From NCBI GenBank assembly GCA_026396095.1, contig JAPLXK010000014.1:212-64211 (forward strand): DNA of 64,000 nt, read 5' to 3'. The stretch comes from Candidatus Nealsonbacteria bacterium. GTDB lineage: Bacteria > Patescibacteriota > Minisyncoccia > Minisyncoccales > RBG-13-42-11. Below are positions 62,114 through 64,000 of this stretch, piece after piece; positions within the stretch are counted from its first letter, which is position 1; each line of letters starts with the position of its first letter. The position numbers and the translations under genes are program-made. Under the pieces are notes generated by a model that made no database searches, was not told the DNA's origin, and was given only the letters and a program-made list of their open reading frames with translations.

Positions 62114-62743
62114 ATGAAACCGAAATTAATTATTTTTGATTTTTCCGGAACACTGGCTCATTTCAAAAAATCAGACCAGAAAGAATTTTTTTCCGGGATG
62201 GCCAAGTTAGGGATAGAAATTAAAACCGAAGAAGAGGTAAAATCTTTTAATAATTTATTTTGGCAGTTAATGAGTCAGGCAGAGGACCTGAAAGATTTCA
62301 GCGGAAAAATTCTTAATTATTTTTCGATTAAAAAAGACGAAAAAATTATTAAAAAAGCAGCAGATTTTTTCCAGGAGTTTATTAGCTTTGATCTTTTTGA
62401 GGACGCAAAGGAAATAATTGATTTGCCCGTCAAAAAAGCAATACTATCAAGCGCCTCCGATTTTTTAATCAGACAAGCCCTTCCTCGGGAATTTGAAATT
62501 TTTGGCTCGAAAAAAAATAAATTTCACAAACCGGATCCCAGGGCGTTTTTAACGGTTTTGGAAATATTAGAGGTAAATCCCGAAGACGCAGTGATGGTCG
62601 GAGACGAGGCGGAAAGAGATTTGGTTCCCGCTCAAAAATTAGGCATGAAAACAGTCTTTATTGATAGAAATAACGAAATTAAAAATTATTCAGGAATTAA
62701 AATCAGCTCTTTAAAAGAGATCAAAAATATATTTGATTTTTAA
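62114..62743 (+). CDS. HAD-superfamily hydrolase
   Basis: Start moved to Met14, because the track ORF starts with GTG inside tRNA-Pro. Motif I LIIFDFSGTLA; motif IV VGDEAERD. Confidence 0.7.
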   Translation: MKPKLIIFDFSGTLAHFKKSDQKEFFSGMAKLGIEIKTEEEVKSFNNLFWQLMSQAEDLKDFSGKILNYFSIKKDEKIIKKAADFFQEFISFDLFEDAKEIIDLPVKKAILSSASDFLIRQALPREFEIFGSKKNKFHKPDPRAFLTVLEILEVNPEDAVMVGDEAERDLVPAQKLGMKTVFIDRNNEIKNYSGIKISSLKEIKNIFDF

Positions 62744-62747
62744 TTAA

Positions 62748-62818
62748 GGGCCCGTAGTTAAGTGGCAAAACGCCGCATTCGCATTGCGGAGGCAGGGGTT
62801 CGACTCCCCTCGGGTCCA
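62748..62818 (+). tRNA. tRNA-Ala (anticodon CGC)
   Basis: Acceptor GGGCCCG/CGGGTCC carries the G3:U70 alanine identity pair. Anticodon arm CCGCA-TTCGCAT-TGCGG. T-arm AGGGG-TTCGACT-CCCCT. Confidence 0.9.
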
Positions 62819-62821
62819 CAC

Positions 62822-62850
62822 TTGACAAAATAAAAATTAAGATGTACACT
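62822..62850 (+). promoter_or_regulatory. Sigma70-like promoter TTGACA-N17-TACACT
   Basis: Sits immediately after tRNA-Ala and 44 nt before the next ATG. It has the same -10 variant as the promoter at 18959..18987. Confidence 0.4.
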
Positions 62851-62894
62851 ATAAACACAGAGCAGATTGCTCTTTTAAAAATTTAGGTGATTAA

Positions 62895-63560
62895 ATGTTC
62901 TTTACTGAAGTCTTTATCGGAAAAATTGTCCAGATTTATCCGGATCAAGGGTGGGGTATCATACAGTCGTGCAGATACCTGGAGAGCAAGGCCACGTTCC
63001 TTTTAAGGGACCAAAGAGGTCTTGACAAGAAGGGTAATATTGACCCTGAGAAGATAAGAACAACCGCCCCCGAGAAAGGGACAATCGTAAAATTCAAAAT
63101 TGATAGGAACAGAATGATTCTTGATGGCGCAATGGTCTTTTTGTGGGCTACAGAAGAAAAAACCCTCCGCAAACAACACCAAAAGCCAGGCGGAAAGAAG
63201 CTGATACAAGCTCATTTCTATCCTAGGCATGATCAATATCAAAAAACACCCGACGCAAACATAGTTGTTTCTAAGGAGCAAAAACCAGCTCCCGTTATTG
63301 CACAAGCGCCCGTTCCAGAACTTTCCAGCGCGGAAACAAGCGCAAAGGTTCAGGATCAAAAGATTGCCGATAATGCAGCTCAGACTAATCAGCCAGAGAC
63401 TAAAAAATTTGTTGCTCAAGAAACGGTTCAGTATCCTATAAAACAACCGCAAAAAATAGCACAAGGTTCTGGTCATGGCCTACCTGACTGGGCCGCAAAA
63501 GAAGGGGTGGCAATCTTAAAAGATGGAGGAAAGATCCGGCTAGGAGTAGTAGGATCTTAA
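62895..63560 (+). CDS. Hypothetical protein with a cold-shock/OB-like N-terminus and a Gln/Pro-rich tail
   Basis: GKIVQIYPDQGWGIIQS resembles the CSD G.V..[FY]....G[FW]G[FI]I pattern. The remainder is low-complexity. Confidence 0.4.
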   Translation: MFFTEVFIGKIVQIYPDQGWGIIQSCRYLESKATFLLRDQRGLDKKGNIDPEKIRTTAPEKGTIVKFKIDRNRMILDGAMVFLWATEEKTLRKQHQKPGGKKLIQAHFYPRHDQYQKTPDANIVVSKEQKPAPVIAQAPVPELSSAETSAKVQDQKIADNAAQTNQPETKKFVAQETVQYPIKQPQKIAQGSGHGLPDWAAKEGVAILKDGGKIRLGVVGS

Positions 63561-63657
63561 GAAACAAAGAATATTTCTTTGGTTCTGGTTAACGAGAAAT
63601 TCGTTAACCCTTTTTATTTGCCTCCAAAGCTTAAACCTGTTAAGATTATTTAACAAT

Positions 63658-64000
63658 ATGTTTAAGCTTTTTTTATTGCTTTTTTTCGGTTATTTATTAG
63701 GCTCTATTCCGTCCGGATATTTGATTTCTAAAAGAAAGGGAGTTGATATTAGAAAAGTAGGCAGCGGGAATATCGGAGGCACCAATGTTTCCCGGGCATT
63801 CGGCTTGAAATGGGGAGTGATAGTTGGCGTTTTAGATATTTTTAAAGGGGTAATTCCCGCTTACCTAGCTATTCATTATTTATCTTCTGACTGGCAGATG
63901 GCCTTAGTGGCTGTTTCTCCGGTCTTAGGGCACATCTTTCCTGTTTGGATTAAATTTAAAGGAGGAAAGGGCGTGGCAACCAGTGCCGGCGCTCTTTTTG
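63658..64000 (+). CDS. plsY: Glycerol-3-phosphate acyltransferase PlsY (3' end outside the window)
   Basis: FFGYLLGSIPSGYLISKRKGVDIRKVGSGNIGGTNVSRAFG...LDIFKG. Confidence 0.85.
   Translation, partial: MFKLFLLLFFGYLLGSIPSGYLISKRKGVDIRKVGSGNIGGTNVSRAFGLKWGVIVGVLDIFKGVIPAYLAIHYLSSDWQMALVAVSPVLGHIFPVWIKFKGGKGVATSAGALF

Noticed and set aside
1-64000. Mobile-element hallmarks (integrase, transposase, IS inverted repeats, att sites at tRNAs) and CRISPR arrays
   Set aside because: None of the translated ORFs shows integrase or transposase motifs. No direct repeat of a tRNA 3' end was seen near the five tRNAs. No regularly spaced repeat array is present.

Overview
Low-GC (~36-38% by eye), tightly packed bacterial chromosome segment. 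Its gene content suggests a Candidate Phyla Radiation (Patescibacteria) genome: small genes, many Nudix and HAD hydrolases, a lamin-tail-domain surface protein, an orphan PilB ATPase, bacterial Elp3, and an archaeal-type ThrRS. The window contains the replication-origin neighbourhood. dnaN and dnaA lie on the minus strand at 36.7-39.4 kb, with two perfect DnaA boxes between them. They diverge from rpmH-rnpA-yidD-yidC-jag at 39.5-41.5 kb. Left of the origin is a long minus-strand run of accessory genes for nucleotide and metabolite hydrolysis (0-14.5 kb: four Nudix genes plus one Nudix remnant, three CYTH, Ham1, HAD, histidine phosphatase, GNATs). Nucleic-acid repair and modification genes follow (RtcA, EndoQ-like, Elp3, Fpg, FEN, RuvC), then cell-wall and housekeeping genes. 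Immediately right of the origin (41.5-52.5 kb) is the most unusual block, a VirB-like (type IV secretion-like) gene set. It has VirB4 split into two ORFs, a PrgI/VirB3-like protein and a VirB6/TrbL-like protein. It also has two tandem giant proteins whose N-termini are VirB2/TrbC-type pilin hairpins; one carries a 48-cysteine ectodomain. No relaxase, coupling protein or integrase is visible. A free-standing pilin-like gene sits between two tRNAs near cca. Five tRNAs were found, but no rRNA, CRISPR array or transposase. Two promoter-plus-terminator-delimited candidate small or leader RNAs and a small Cys-rich gene with an in-frame TGA were found by eye in otherwise empty spacers. All functional calls rest on motif recognition in the supplied translations; no database search was run.
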